A stretch of DNA of 41,096 bases from Spirochaetaceae bacterium (GTDB taxonomy: Bacteria; Spirochaetota; Spirochaetia; Treponematales; Breznakiellaceae), in contig JAISCK010000033.1 in assembly GCA_031265635.1 (NCBI GenBank), forward strand, positions 1 through 41,096, in the 5' to 3' direction. Below are positions 1-8,489 of this stretch, one piece after another. The notes under the pieces are model-generated. The model made no database searches. It worked only from the letters and a program-made list of their open reading frames with translations, and was not told the origin of the DNA. The translations under genes were made by a program, and so were the position numbers. The stretch's first letter is position 1. Every line of letters begins with the position of its first letter.

Positions 1-45
1 TCGGGGCGGTAAAGCCCCGATACGACTTCAACAGAGGAGGACAAG

Positions 46-1065
46 ATGAGAGCTGCGATTATGGGTGTCGGCTCGCTGGGTACAATTCTTGGCGCCTACA
101 TTTCAAAAGCCGGAAAGCAAATTGATTTGATTGATGTCTATGAGGATCATGTAAAGGCCCTGAATGAAAAAGGGGCCCATGTAACGGGGCCCGTTGACTT
201 TACCGCCCCGGTTACGGCGTTGACCCCAAGCCAGATGGAAGGGAACTATGACCTTGTTTTCTTTATGGTTAAGCAGACCTACAATGATTCCGCTATCGCG
301 GCGTTAAAACCCCATGTTCATGATGCCACGATTATCGCGACCCTTCAGAACGGCCTCCCCGAGCCGGCCATAGTTGACGTGTTTGGAGCCGATAGGGTCA
401 TGGGCTGTACCGTGGGCTGGGGCGCCACCTTTAAGGGTCCGGGGCTTTCGGAACTTACCACCACGCCAGACAAGCTGACCTTTGACCTTGGGCGGGTCGA
501 TAACCGTATTACCCCGGAACTGGATGTGGTAAAGGGCTATCTTGAATGTATGGGCCCCACGGTCATCGTTGATAATCTCATGGGAATCAGGCTGACCAAA
601 CTGCTGGCCAACGCGACCTTCAGCGGCATGTCCGCTGTCCTGGGCTGCGCCTTTGGGGATGTTCTTGACAATGATCAGGCTCTTTTGTGTATAAAGTTTC
701 TTGCCAATGAATGTATCTCCGTGGCCAAAGCCGCCAATATCAGGATGGAACCCATCCAGGGCAATGATATGGGTAAGCTCCTGGCTTTTACAACCAAGGC
801 GGAACAGGACGCCACGACGCCGGTTTACCACAAGATGTGGGGCGCCCACCGGGCAACAAGGGCCAGCATGCTGCAGGACCTGGAAAAGGGCCGGAAATGC
901 GAGATTGGCGCCATAAACGGGGCGGTATGCGCCATGGGCGATAAATACGGGGTGGATACCCCGGTAAACGATCAGGTTGTGGAGATAGTCAGGAGCATAG
1001 AAAACGGCAGCCGGAAGCCGGTCTTTGACAACCTGAAACTGCTTAAACTCCCTGAAATCCGTTGA
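46..1065 (+). CDS. Ketopantoate reductase (PanE/ApbA) family NAD(P)H-dependent 2-oxo/2-hydroxy-acid oxidoreductase
   Basis: N-terminal Rossmann motif IMGVGSLGTILG. Length (339 aa) and overall pattern are typical of the ApbA/PanE family. GAGGAGG lies 5 nt upstream of the ATG. Confidence 0.8.
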   Translation: MRAAIMGVGSLGTILGAYISKAGKQIDLIDVYEDHVKALNEKGAHVTGPVDFTAPVTALTPSQMEGNYDLVFFMVKQTYNDSAIAALKPHVHDATIIATLQNGLPEPAIVDVFGADRVMGCTVGWGATFKGPGLSELTTTPDKLTFDLGRVDNRITPELDVVKGYLECMGPTVIVDNLMGIRLTKLLANATFSGMSAVLGCAFGDVLDNDQALLCIKFLANECISVAKAANIRMEPIQGNDMGKLLAFTTKAEQDATTPVYHKMWGAHRATRASMLQDLEKGRKCEIGAINGAVCAMGDKYGVDTPVNDQVVEIVRSIENGSRKPVFDNLKLLKLPEIR

Positions 1066-1116
1066 GCGTAAGGGCCGCTTGCGAATCTATAACTTCGCCC
1101 TGAAAGGAGAACATAC

Positions 1117-2457
1117 ATGGAATTTATTGGTATTCTTGGAATGTTGATTGCGATTGCCATAATGATAATTGGCGCATACCGGGGCCTTCAGGCCATCCCC
1201 CTTACCATACTGGCGGCACTGGCGGTTATTTTTACCAACGGCCTTCCCCTCTGGGACACCTTTGCCAAAATCTATGCATCGGGATTCGGAGGGACCATCA
1301 CGGCCTATTTCTTTATCTTTGTGTCATCCGCGGTATATGCCCTCATTATGGAAAAAACCGGATGCGCCGCGGCTATAGGGTACAAGTTCATTGACTGGTT
1401 CGGTACCAAATATGTCATGCTGGTCAGCCTGTTGTTTGTATCGGTCCTTACCTACGGCGGGGTCAGCCTCTTTGTGGTGATCTTTGCCACCATGCCCATA
1501 CTCTTCCTTTTATTTAAGGAAGCGGGGCTTCCCCGGCACGCGATCTTTGCCCCCTTGGTGGCGGGTTCTTCGGCCTATACCATGACCACGTTGCCGGGTA
1601 CCCCGGCGCTGACCAATGTTATCCCCTCCCAGTTTCTGGGAACCCCAATGACCGCCGCGCCTGTATTCAGTATTATTCTCGGGATTGTGTTCTTTCTTCT
1701 CTGCTACGGGTACTGTCTGCTTGCCGAAAAGCAATGTAGAAAAAAGGGGGAAGTCTGGTCCTACCCGGAGAGTTACGATGCGGCCGCCCTGGAAGTTGAC
1801 CGGAGCAAACTGCCCAAAGCGGGAATCGCCTTTACCCCGATTGTGGTACTGATTGTATTTATCGTTGGAAGTTCCCTGTTAAAACTTCCCTATGCCGCCG
1901 ACGCCGCCCTGCTTACCACCCTGGCCATGCTCATCGCCACCATACTCTGCATCGTGATGAACCTTGGCAGGCTCTCGGTGAAGGGGGTCAAGGATATGAT
2001 AGGCAAGGGTTCCCTTAACGGCATTTCCGCCATCGTCGGCCTTGCCGCGGTAGTGGCCTTTGGGGGAGTGGTGTCTTCTTCCCCGGCCTTCAAGAGCATT
2101 GTGTCCTGGGTGCTGGGCCTTAACATGAGCGCCTACTTTAAGGGAGTATTTTCCACTGGGGTTATTGCCGGTATCACCGGTTCTTCTTCCGGCGGCGTGC
2201 GTATCATGCTCCAGAGTATCGGGGACTATCTTATCCAGTCCGGGGCTAATCTGGAAGTTATGCACCGGCTGGTCGCCGTAGCCGCCGGGTCCCTGGATAC
2301 CCTGCCCCATTCGCCGGGTATCTTCCTGACGATGGCCATGCTGGGTTTGACCCACAAAGAAGCGTACAAGCATATTTTCTGGACCACTGTAGGAATACCC
2401 ACAGTGCTGGTTATTGTCGCGACGGCTATAGCTACTGTAGTGTGGCCTGTAGCGTAA
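1117..2457 (+). CDS. Polytopic ion-transporter-superfamily permease (GntP/CitMHS-like organic acid transporter)
   Basis: 446 aa, hydrophobic throughout with about 12 predicted helices and a central hydrophilic loop (QCRKKGEVWSYPESYD). AAAGGAGA RBS. Family assignment is by resemblance only. Confidence 0.6.
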   Translation: MEFIGILGMLIAIAIMIIGAYRGLQAIPLTILAALAVIFTNGLPLWDTFAKIYASGFGGTITAYFFIFVSSAVYALIMEKTGCAAAIGYKFIDWFGTKYVMLVSLLFVSVLTYGGVSLFVVIFATMPILFLLFKEAGLPRHAIFAPLVAGSSAYTMTTLPGTPALTNVIPSQFLGTPMTAAPVFSIILGIVFFLLCYGYCLLAEKQCRKKGEVWSYPESYDAAALEVDRSKLPKAGIAFTPIVVLIVFIVGSSLLKLPYAADAALLTTLAMLIATILCIVMNLGRLSVKGVKDMIGKGSLNGISAIVGLAAVVAFGGVVSSSPAFKSIVSWVLGLNMSAYFKGVFSTGVIAGITGSSSGGVRIMLQSIGDYLIQSGANLEVMHRLVAVAAGSLDTLPHSPGIFLTMAMLGLTHKEAYKHIFWTTVGIPTVLVIVATAIATVVWPVA

Positions 2458-2479
2458 AAAGGACACGTTGTGTTCCCAG

Positions 2480-2508
2480 GGGTGCGCATAACGATATTAC
2501 GCGCACCC
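2480..2508 (+). other. Intercistronic stem-loop (8 bp GC-rich stem, 13 nt loop) between the permease and BKACE genes
   Basis: gggtgcgc (2480-2487) pairs with gcgcaccc (2501-2508). No U-run follows, so it is more likely an mRNA processing or stability element than a terminator. Confidence 0.4.
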
Positions 2509-2539
2509 GCTTATCAACAATATTTAGAGAGGAATCAAA

Positions 2540-3367
2540 ATGCCTAAAACTATTATTTCCGTGGCCACGACCGGCGCATGGCCGACTAAAAAAGACAACC
2601 CCAATGTCCCCCTGACTCCCAAGGAGATAGCGGAGGATGTGTTTGCGTGTTACGAGGCGGGCGCCGCCATTGCCCACCTGCATATGCGGGATGACAACGG
2701 CGCCGGTACCATGGACATCAATAAATTCAGGGAAACCGTCAAATTGATCAAAGCCCGCAAGGATATTCCCATTGTGCTGAACCTGACCACTTCCGGGGCG
2801 GCAAACGCCTCCGACGAAGTCCGTATGGCCCACATTAAAGAACTGGAACCCGAACTTGCCTCCTATGACTGCGGCTCCATGAACTGGATGCACGTGGCGG
2901 TCTTCCTGAATACTCCACCGTTTCTGGAGCAGTTGGGAAATGTTATGCAGGAACACAATATCAAACCGGAGATAGAAATCTTTGACGCCGGTATGGTATA
3001 CAACGCCCTCTATTATCTCAAAAAAGGAGTGCTAAAGGCGCCGCTGCATTTCCAGTTTGTATTGGGCGCTGCCGGAGGAATGGCCGCTACCATAGAGAAT
3101 CTGGTATTCCTCAAGAGCCTTATTCCCTCTGACTGTACCTGGGCCGCTCTGGGTATAGGAAAAGGCCATATCCCCATTCTGATGGCCACCCTGGCGCTGG
3201 GAGGGCATCTGCGGGTCGGGATGGAAGACAATGTTATGTACGGTCCCGGCCAATTGGCGGAATCCAATGCCCAACTGGTCAAAAGGGCCGCGGACTTTAT
3301 CCGCCTTGCGGGTAACGAAGTCGCTACCCCCGCTGAGGCAAAACAGATTCTGAGTATTACCCGTTAA
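2540..3367 (+). CDS. Beta-keto acid cleavage enzyme (BKACE / 3-keto-5-aminohexanoate cleavage enzyme family, DUF849)
   Basis: 275 aa TIM-barrel-sized protein. N-terminus IISVATTGAWPTK. Metal ligands H46-x-H48 (AHLHMRD) and a Glu in HLRVGMEDN sit as in characterised Kce. Confidence 0.85.
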   Translation: MPKTIISVATTGAWPTKKDNPNVPLTPKEIAEDVFACYEAGAAIAHLHMRDDNGAGTMDINKFRETVKLIKARKDIPIVLNLTTSGAANASDEVRMAHIKELEPELASYDCGSMNWMHVAVFLNTPPFLEQLGNVMQEHNIKPEIEIFDAGMVYNALYYLKKGVLKAPLHFQFVLGAAGGMAATIENLVFLKSLIPSDCTWAALGIGKGHIPILMATLALGGHLRVGMEDNVMYGPGQLAESNAQLVKRAADFIRLAGNEVATPAEAKQILSITR

Positions 3368-3401
3368 AGCAGTCTTTTGCAGCCGTTAGACGAAAGATGT
3401 A

Positions 3402-3474
3402 GTGGCCGGCCGCAGAGCGAGCGACTTTGCGGTCGGCCGCTAATTAGAAAGCCCGGACATTCTCAAGATGTCCG
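3402..3474 (+). other. Two adjacent stem-loops in the 150 nt BKACE-SDR spacer
   Basis: An imperfect ~16 bp hairpin at 3402-3440 (gtggccggccgcagag / ctttgcggtcggccgc) and a 7 bp hairpin at 3454-3474 (cggacat / atgtccg). Confidence 0.4.
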
Positions 3475-3517
3475 AAAACAACCGGGTTTGAAACCGGCTT
3501 ACAAGGGAGAAAATTCT

Positions 3518-4258
3518 ATGGGGAATCTGGCCGGCAGGTACGCGGTAGTTACCGGAGGAGCTAAAGGCATAGGCAGGAAGGTCGCGGAACGCTTTTTGCG
3601 GGATGGCTGCGCGGGAATAGCCATCCTCGATTATGACAGGGAAACAGCGGAAAAAACCTCGGCTGAATTGGGGTCTTTGGTGATTCCGGTCCATTGCGAT
3701 GTAAGCAGCAAAGAAATGGTTGAAAAAGCCTTTCAAACGGTATACGAAAAATTTCCCCGCGTTGATATCCTGGTGAATAACGCGGGGCTTACCAGGGATG
3801 CCATGCTGCACAAGATGAGCCTTGAACAGTGGCTTACCGTTATCAATGCCGACCTGACCGGCATATTTCTCTGCATGCAGCAGGTGGTAAAAGCTATGCG
3901 GGAACAGTGTTATGGAAAAATTGTCAATGTTTCTTCTACTTCGGCCTACGGTAATCCGGGGCAGGCCAATTATTCCGCGGCCAAGGCGGGCATACTTGGG
4001 CTGACCGCTACCACAGCCAAAGAGCTGGGGCGGAGGAATATCACTGTTAATGCCGTTGCCCCTGGTTTTATTGATACCGATATTATTAAAACCGTTCCCC
4101 CGGAAACCCTGGAGCAGTGGAAGCAGAACATTCCCATGCAGCGTCTTGGCCGACCTGAGGAAATCGCCGATGTGATTGCTTTTTTGTCCAGTGATCAATC
4201 GAGTTATGTTACCGGCTGCTGCATCCCCTGCTGCGGGGGCGGCATCATAGAATTCTAG
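3518..4258 (+). CDS. Short-chain dehydrogenase/reductase (FabG-like 3-oxoacyl / 3-hydroxyacyl oxidoreductase)
   Basis: TGGAKGIG cofactor motif, NNAG, and catalytic YSAAK. I chose the ATG at 3518 (AAGGGAGA RBS) over the track start at 3377, whose 47 aa extension is Arg-rich and covers the hairpins. Confidence 0.85.
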   Translation: MGNLAGRYAVVTGGAKGIGRKVAERFLRDGCAGIAILDYDRETAEKTSAELGSLVIPVHCDVSSKEMVEKAFQTVYEKFPRVDILVNNAGLTRDAMLHKMSLEQWLTVINADLTGIFLCMQQVVKAMREQCYGKIVNVSSTSAYGNPGQANYSAAKAGILGLTATTAKELGRRNITVNAVAPGFIDTDIIKTVPPETLEQWKQNIPMQRLGRPEEIADVIAFLSSDQSSYVTGCCIPCCGGGIIEF

Positions 4259-4276
4259 AGGAGAATAATAAACATC

Positions 4277-5389
4277 ATGCAGGAATTTACAGTACTGGCA
4301 CTGAATCCCGGTTCCACTTCCAGTAAGATAGCGGTTTTCCGGGAACAACAGGCATTGCTTGTCGAAAATGTCAGTCATGACGGCCGTTCAGTTGATTTGC
4401 GGGATTTTGAAGACCAGGTAAAGACCCGTAAGGGTTGGATAATGAAAGCCCTGGAAGAAAAAAACATAAGTCTTTCTGATATTGACGCCTTTGTGGGCCG
4501 GGGCGGGGGGATGAGACCCTGCCTCTCCGGTACCTATGAAATCACCCCTAAAATGCTGGAACAGGTTCAGGCCAACCCGTTGATCCATCCCGCAAAATTT
4601 GCCCCCAGGATAGCCTATGAATTTGCCCAGAGCAGCGGCAAGAAGGCGTATACGGTCAATTCCGCCCATACCGATGAATTTGAACCTGAGTCCCGGATAT
4701 CGGGTATTGCGGGGATTGAGCGCACCTCTATCGTACACACGCTGAACCAAAAGGAAGTGGCCATCCGGGCTGCCGGGGAACTGGGCAAAAAATATCAGGA
4801 AGCGAATTTTGTGGTAGCCCACCTCGGGGGAGGTATTTCCGTTGCCGCCCACAAAAAGGGCAGAATGATAGACGGTACTAACACCATGACCGGGGACGGG
4901 CCCATGAGTCCCAATAGATGCGGGCAGGTAGACGCCCTCGATATGATTGATCTGTGTTTTTCAGGCAAATATTCAAAACAGGAGATGCGGGAACTTGTGA
5001 TGACCCAGGGGGGCTTTATGAGCCTTCTGGGTACCGCCGACGGTAAATTGATAGAAGAAAAGATAAAAGAAGGGGATGCCTATGTAAAACTGATTTTTGA
5101 CGCCATGTGTCATCAGATCGCCAAAGCCATTGGGTCCATGGCGGCGGTACTGGAGGGGGATGTCCAGGGAGTGATCCTCACCGGGGGTACTGTCCGGAAT
5201 CCCTACGCGGTGGAAGCAGTAACCCGTAAGGTTAAATTTATCGCTCCGGTATTTGTTTATCCCGGAGAGTTTGAGATGGAGGCCCTTGTTAATGGGGTTC
5301 TCAGGGTGCTTCATGGTGAGGAGCAATCCATGGTTTATACCGGGATTCCCATCTGGGGTGGTCTGCCTCCACGGAAGCCGTTAAAATAA
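4277..5389 (+). CDS. buk: Butyrate kinase family (short-chain acyl kinase, ASKHA fold)
   Basis: N-terminus VLALNPGSTSSKIAVF, internal VVAHLGGGISVAAH and ILTGG motifs. 370 aa, typical for Buk. Confidence 0.85.
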   Translation: MQEFTVLALNPGSTSSKIAVFREQQALLVENVSHDGRSVDLRDFEDQVKTRKGWIMKALEEKNISLSDIDAFVGRGGGMRPCLSGTYEITPKMLEQVQANPLIHPAKFAPRIAYEFAQSSGKKAYTVNSAHTDEFEPESRISGIAGIERTSIVHTLNQKEVAIRAAGELGKKYQEANFVVAHLGGGISVAAHKKGRMIDGTNTMTGDGPMSPNRCGQVDALDMIDLCFSGKYSKQEMRELVMTQGGFMSLLGTADGKLIEEKIKEGDAYVKLIFDAMCHQIAKAIGSMAAVLEGDVQGVILTGGTVRNPYAVEAVTRKVKFIAPVFVYPGEFEMEALVNGVLRVLHGEEQSMVYTGIPIWGGLPPRKPLK

Positions 5390-5407
5390 AAGCGAAGGAG
5401 TATTGAC

Positions 5408-6574
5408 ATGAAACAGGAATTGCGAGATGTGGTTTTGGTCGCCTATGGCAGGGCTCCCATAGCCAAGGCCAAAAAAGGCAGTTTTGCGGATATTCATCCC
5501 GCTACATATGGGGCTGAAACCCTGAAAGGAGTTTTAGCCAGAGTACCTTCCCTTAATCCTTTGAAAATTGATGATGTGATTGTAGGCTGCGCCATGACCC
5601 AGGGCGTACAGAGCGGTAACTTTGCCAAAACCATCGTACTCCGGGCCGGTCTGCCCGATTCAGTACCGGCCATGACGATTAACCGGTATTGTTCCTCAGG
5701 GCTCCAGGTTATTGCCCTGGCGGCAAACGGTATTGCCACGGGGCAGCATGATGTGGTAGTGGCCGGCGGAGTTGAAAGCATGAGCAGGGTTTCCATGCTG
5801 GAACAACCGGAAGACCGGGATACGGAACTGGAGGCGGCCCGGCCTGGCGCTTATTTTAATATGGGGATCACCGCGGAAAATGTGGCGGAGAAATACAACA
5901 TCAGCCGGCTTGAGATGGAGCAAATGGCGGTGGAAAGCCATGCCAAAGCTGATGCCGCCCAAAAAGCCGGTGTCTTTAAGCGTGAAATCATCCCCGTTAC
6001 GGTAAAAGCCCCTGGCGGTACCCGGCGGACTGTTGCCGCGGACGAGGGGATCAGGGCCGGGACAAACCTGGCGGCCCTTGCGGAACTGAAACCCGCGTTC
6101 CGGGAAGATGGGCGGGTTACCGCCGCGACTTCCTCCCAGATGAGCGACGGCGCCGCTTTTGTGGTACTCATGTCCGCGGAAAAAGCGGCGGACCTGAAGC
6201 TGAAGCCTCTTGCCCGGCTGGCAGGTTTTGCCGTAACAGGGGTTGCCTGCGAAATCATGGGTATCGGCCCTATTGCGGCGGTGCCCAAAGTATTGGCCCT
6301 GACAGGGATGAAACTGGATGATATTGATGTGATTGAACTGAATGAAGCCTTTGCCGCCCAGGCCATCCCCTGCATCCGGGAACTGGGACTGGACCCCAAA
6401 AAGGTGAATCCCCGGGGCGGAGCCCTGGCTCTTGGGCATCCTCTGGGCGCGACCGGTACGATACTCACCTGTAAGGCCCTGTCATATCTGGAAGATACGG
6501 GCGGAAAATACGCCCTGGTAACCATGTGTATCGGAGGGGGCATGGGCGCCGCCGGTATTATCGAAAAACTGTAA
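5408..6574 (+). CDS. Acetyl-CoA C-acetyltransferase (thiolase II)
   Basis: Nucleophile Cys in NRYCSSGLQ, His in GHPLGATG, C-terminal CIGGGMG. 388 aa. Confidence 0.9.
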   Translation: MKQELRDVVLVAYGRAPIAKAKKGSFADIHPATYGAETLKGVLARVPSLNPLKIDDVIVGCAMTQGVQSGNFAKTIVLRAGLPDSVPAMTINRYCSSGLQVIALAANGIATGQHDVVVAGGVESMSRVSMLEQPEDRDTELEAARPGAYFNMGITAENVAEKYNISRLEMEQMAVESHAKADAAQKAGVFKREIIPVTVKAPGGTRRTVAADEGIRAGTNLAALAELKPAFREDGRVTAATSSQMSDGAAFVVLMSAEKAADLKLKPLARLAGFAVTGVACEIMGIGPIAAVPKVLALTGMKLDDIDVIELNEAFAAQAIPCIRELGLDPKKVNPRGGALALGHPLGATGTILTCKALSYLEDTGGKYALVTMCIGGGMGAAGIIEKL

Positions 6575-6586
6575 AGACGCATACGA

Positions 6587-6616
6587 AAACAACATGGCTC
6601 TTTAGTCATGTTGTTT
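6587..6616 (+). terminator. Probable terminator of the BKACE operon
   Basis: 10 bp stem aaacaacatg / catgttgttt with a 10 nt loop, followed by the T-rich cttgttg. It lies 13 nt after the thiolase stop. Confidence 0.45.
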
Positions 6617-6643
6617 CTTGTTGCAAAATGTTTTGCGGTTTTC

Positions 6644-6687
6644 AGCGGAAGTTGTTTTGAAATCGAAGTTTTCGCGCAACTTCCGCT
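6644..6687 (+). other. 11 bp stem-loop immediately upstream of the MBL gene RBS
   Basis: agcggaagttg (6644-6654) pairs with caacttccgct (6677-6687), with a 22 nt loop. The AGGAGA RBS follows at 6693-6698. Confidence 0.4.
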
Positions 6688-6705
6688 AATACAGGAGAAT
6701 TTTCT

Positions 6706-7530
6706 ATGGCGTCATGGACAATTAAATCTTTATATTATGGAAAGATTACTGTTCCTAAAGGTAATTTAGCTTCTGGTCTTGATCCAGATTTAATTATTGA
6801 TTTTCCATATATGGGGTATTTACTGCAAAATGGAAAACAAAATATTCTGGTTGATACCGGTATTCATGAAGACAATATTATTGACGGAAAAGCCTGGGGC
6901 GGGTGCCCTGCCCAGGGCGGCAGGAAATATGTCATTGAGGCATTGGAAAAAGAGGGGTTAAAACCTCAGGATATTGATACGGTTCTGTATACCCATTTAC
7001 ACAATGACCATGCAGGCGGCGCCTCTCTTTTCCCAGAAGCCAGGACCTGGTTTCAAAAAGACGAATTAACAAATCTGCTTAATCCGCTTCCGACGCAGAA
7101 GATACGATCTGATTTTGACAAACGAACTCCTGATGACTTAAAGTTGCTCAAAGATGTCTATATAATCGATGGTGATATGGTTTTGCCAAATGGACTTGAG
7201 CTTTATAAACTCCCTGGCCATACATCCGGCTCTATGGCGATTGTGGTTCCAACGGCCAAAGGCAGATATGTTTTGACCGGAGATATCCCTCACTTGGGAA
7301 TCTCACTTTTCCCAAAACTCGATAGAATGGAATTACTGGGAGGCTCGGTCATAGATATAACGCCCGCCCCTGATATTATGATGCCGTATCTTTTTAATAG
7401 TGTCATTTATGATCATTATGCGGCTTTTGACAGCTACAATAAACTCAAGGCCCTTGCCGAGGAATTTACGCCCCAATGGTATCTTACCGGTCATGACTGT
7501 TGGATTATTAATAGGAACTTCTTTGGGTAG
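6706..7530 (+). CDS. Metallo-beta-lactamase-fold hydrolase (lactonase-like)
   Basis: HxHxDH zinc motif as HLHNDHAGG, and a downstream PGHTSG. 274 aa. The gene is conspicuously AT-rich. Confidence 0.8.
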   Translation: MASWTIKSLYYGKITVPKGNLASGLDPDLIIDFPYMGYLLQNGKQNILVDTGIHEDNIIDGKAWGGCPAQGGRKYVIEALEKEGLKPQDIDTVLYTHLHNDHAGGASLFPEARTWFQKDELTNLLNPLPTQKIRSDFDKRTPDDLKLLKDVYIIDGDMVLPNGLELYKLPGHTSGSMAIVVPTAKGRYVLTGDIPHLGISLFPKLDRMELLGGSVIDITPAPDIMMPYLFNSVIYDHYAAFDSYNKLKALAEEFTPQWYLTGHDCWIINRNFFG

Positions 7531-7575
7531 CGCAAGCTCCATCTCGATGAAACCGGCTTAATTACGGAGGTTTTT

Positions 7576-8484
7576 ATGAAATTGGCGACTATACGATACA
7601 AAGGTACAGTATATGCCGGTGTTATCAGGGATAATGATTTTATCGCCCTTTCAGCGCTTGACCGGCAGCTTCCAGGTACCATGCTGGAATTAATAGAAGG
7701 GTGGATCGGGTATAAGCCCCTAATCGAGAAAAACATCGGCAGTGCGGAGACGTTATGCGCCATGGAAGAAGCCGAGTATCTTCCTCCCCTGCCGAATCCC
7801 CGTTCCTTTCGGGACTTTATGGGATTTGAAGAACACTTTGTAACGGTAAAAAAGAAGGCGGGAAGAAAAATCGTTGATGAATATTACCAGATGCCGGTTT
7901 TTTATTTTTCAAATCACCAGGCCCTGAGAGCTTCGGGCGAACCTGTCGCGGCGCAGCCGGACACGGAACAATGGGATTTTGAATTTGAAATCGGATTTAT
8001 TATTGGGAAACAGGGGATAAATATTCCGGCTTCACGGGCAATGGAATATATTTTTGGCTATACGATTCTTAACGACTGGTCCGCCCGGGACATACAGGTA
8101 AAGGAACAAAAGGTCGGCCTTGGCCCCGCCAAAGGCAAGGACTATGCCACATCTATCGGTCCGGTTATTGTAACCCGCGATGAACTGGACGCCTGTCTCC
8201 GCAAAGATGATCCGTCCAGATATGATCTGGCGACCAAACTTACCCTGAACGGCAGGGTTCTTAGGGAAAACAACATCAAATCAATCTTGCACCCTTTTTC
8301 TTCCATGATTGAACGGGCTTCCAAAAATGTCTCCCTGTTTCCCGGCGAACTCTTTGGCTCAGGAACCCTCGGCGGAGGCACAATCCTCGAATATTCCAAT
8401 GAGGAGGTTCCCTTTTTAAAATCAGGCGATACCATTCTGATGGAAGTTCAGGGTATCGGTGTTTTAAGGAACATTGTCGCGTGA
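7576..8484 (+). CDS. Fumarylacetoacetate hydrolase (FAH) family enzyme (hydrolase / decarboxylase / isomerase)
   Basis: 302 aa. The pattern FEFEIGFIIGK ... GYTILNDWSARD ... GPAKGKD is typical of the FAA_hydrolase C-terminal domain. GGAGG RBS. Confidence 0.8.
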   Translation: MKLATIRYKGTVYAGVIRDNDFIALSALDRQLPGTMLELIEGWIGYKPLIEKNIGSAETLCAMEEAEYLPPLPNPRSFRDFMGFEEHFVTVKKKAGRKIVDEYYQMPVFYFSNHQALRASGEPVAAQPDTEQWDFEFEIGFIIGKQGINIPASRAMEYIFGYTILNDWSARDIQVKEQKVGLGPAKGKDYATSIGPVIVTRDELDACLRKDDPSRYDLATKLTLNGRVLRENNIKSILHPFSSMIERASKNVSLFPGELFGSGTLGGGTILEYSNEEVPFLKSGDTILMEVQGIGVLRNIVA

Positions 8485-8489
8485 AGCCC

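Noticed and set aside
1-20. A 7 bp hairpin tcggggc/gccccga at the very edge of the window.
   Set aside because: It is truncated by the window edge, has no U-tail, and cannot be assigned to a gene. It may be the terminator of an upstream gene, but that cannot be supported.
3377-3517. N-terminal extensions implied by the ORF track, here and at 10836-12107, 15274-15351, 22516, 24697, 26996, 34387 and 36668.
   Set aside because: Internal ATG/GTG codons with good Shine-Dalgarno spacing give N-termini that match the family consensus. The extensions overlap upstream genes or structured spacers.
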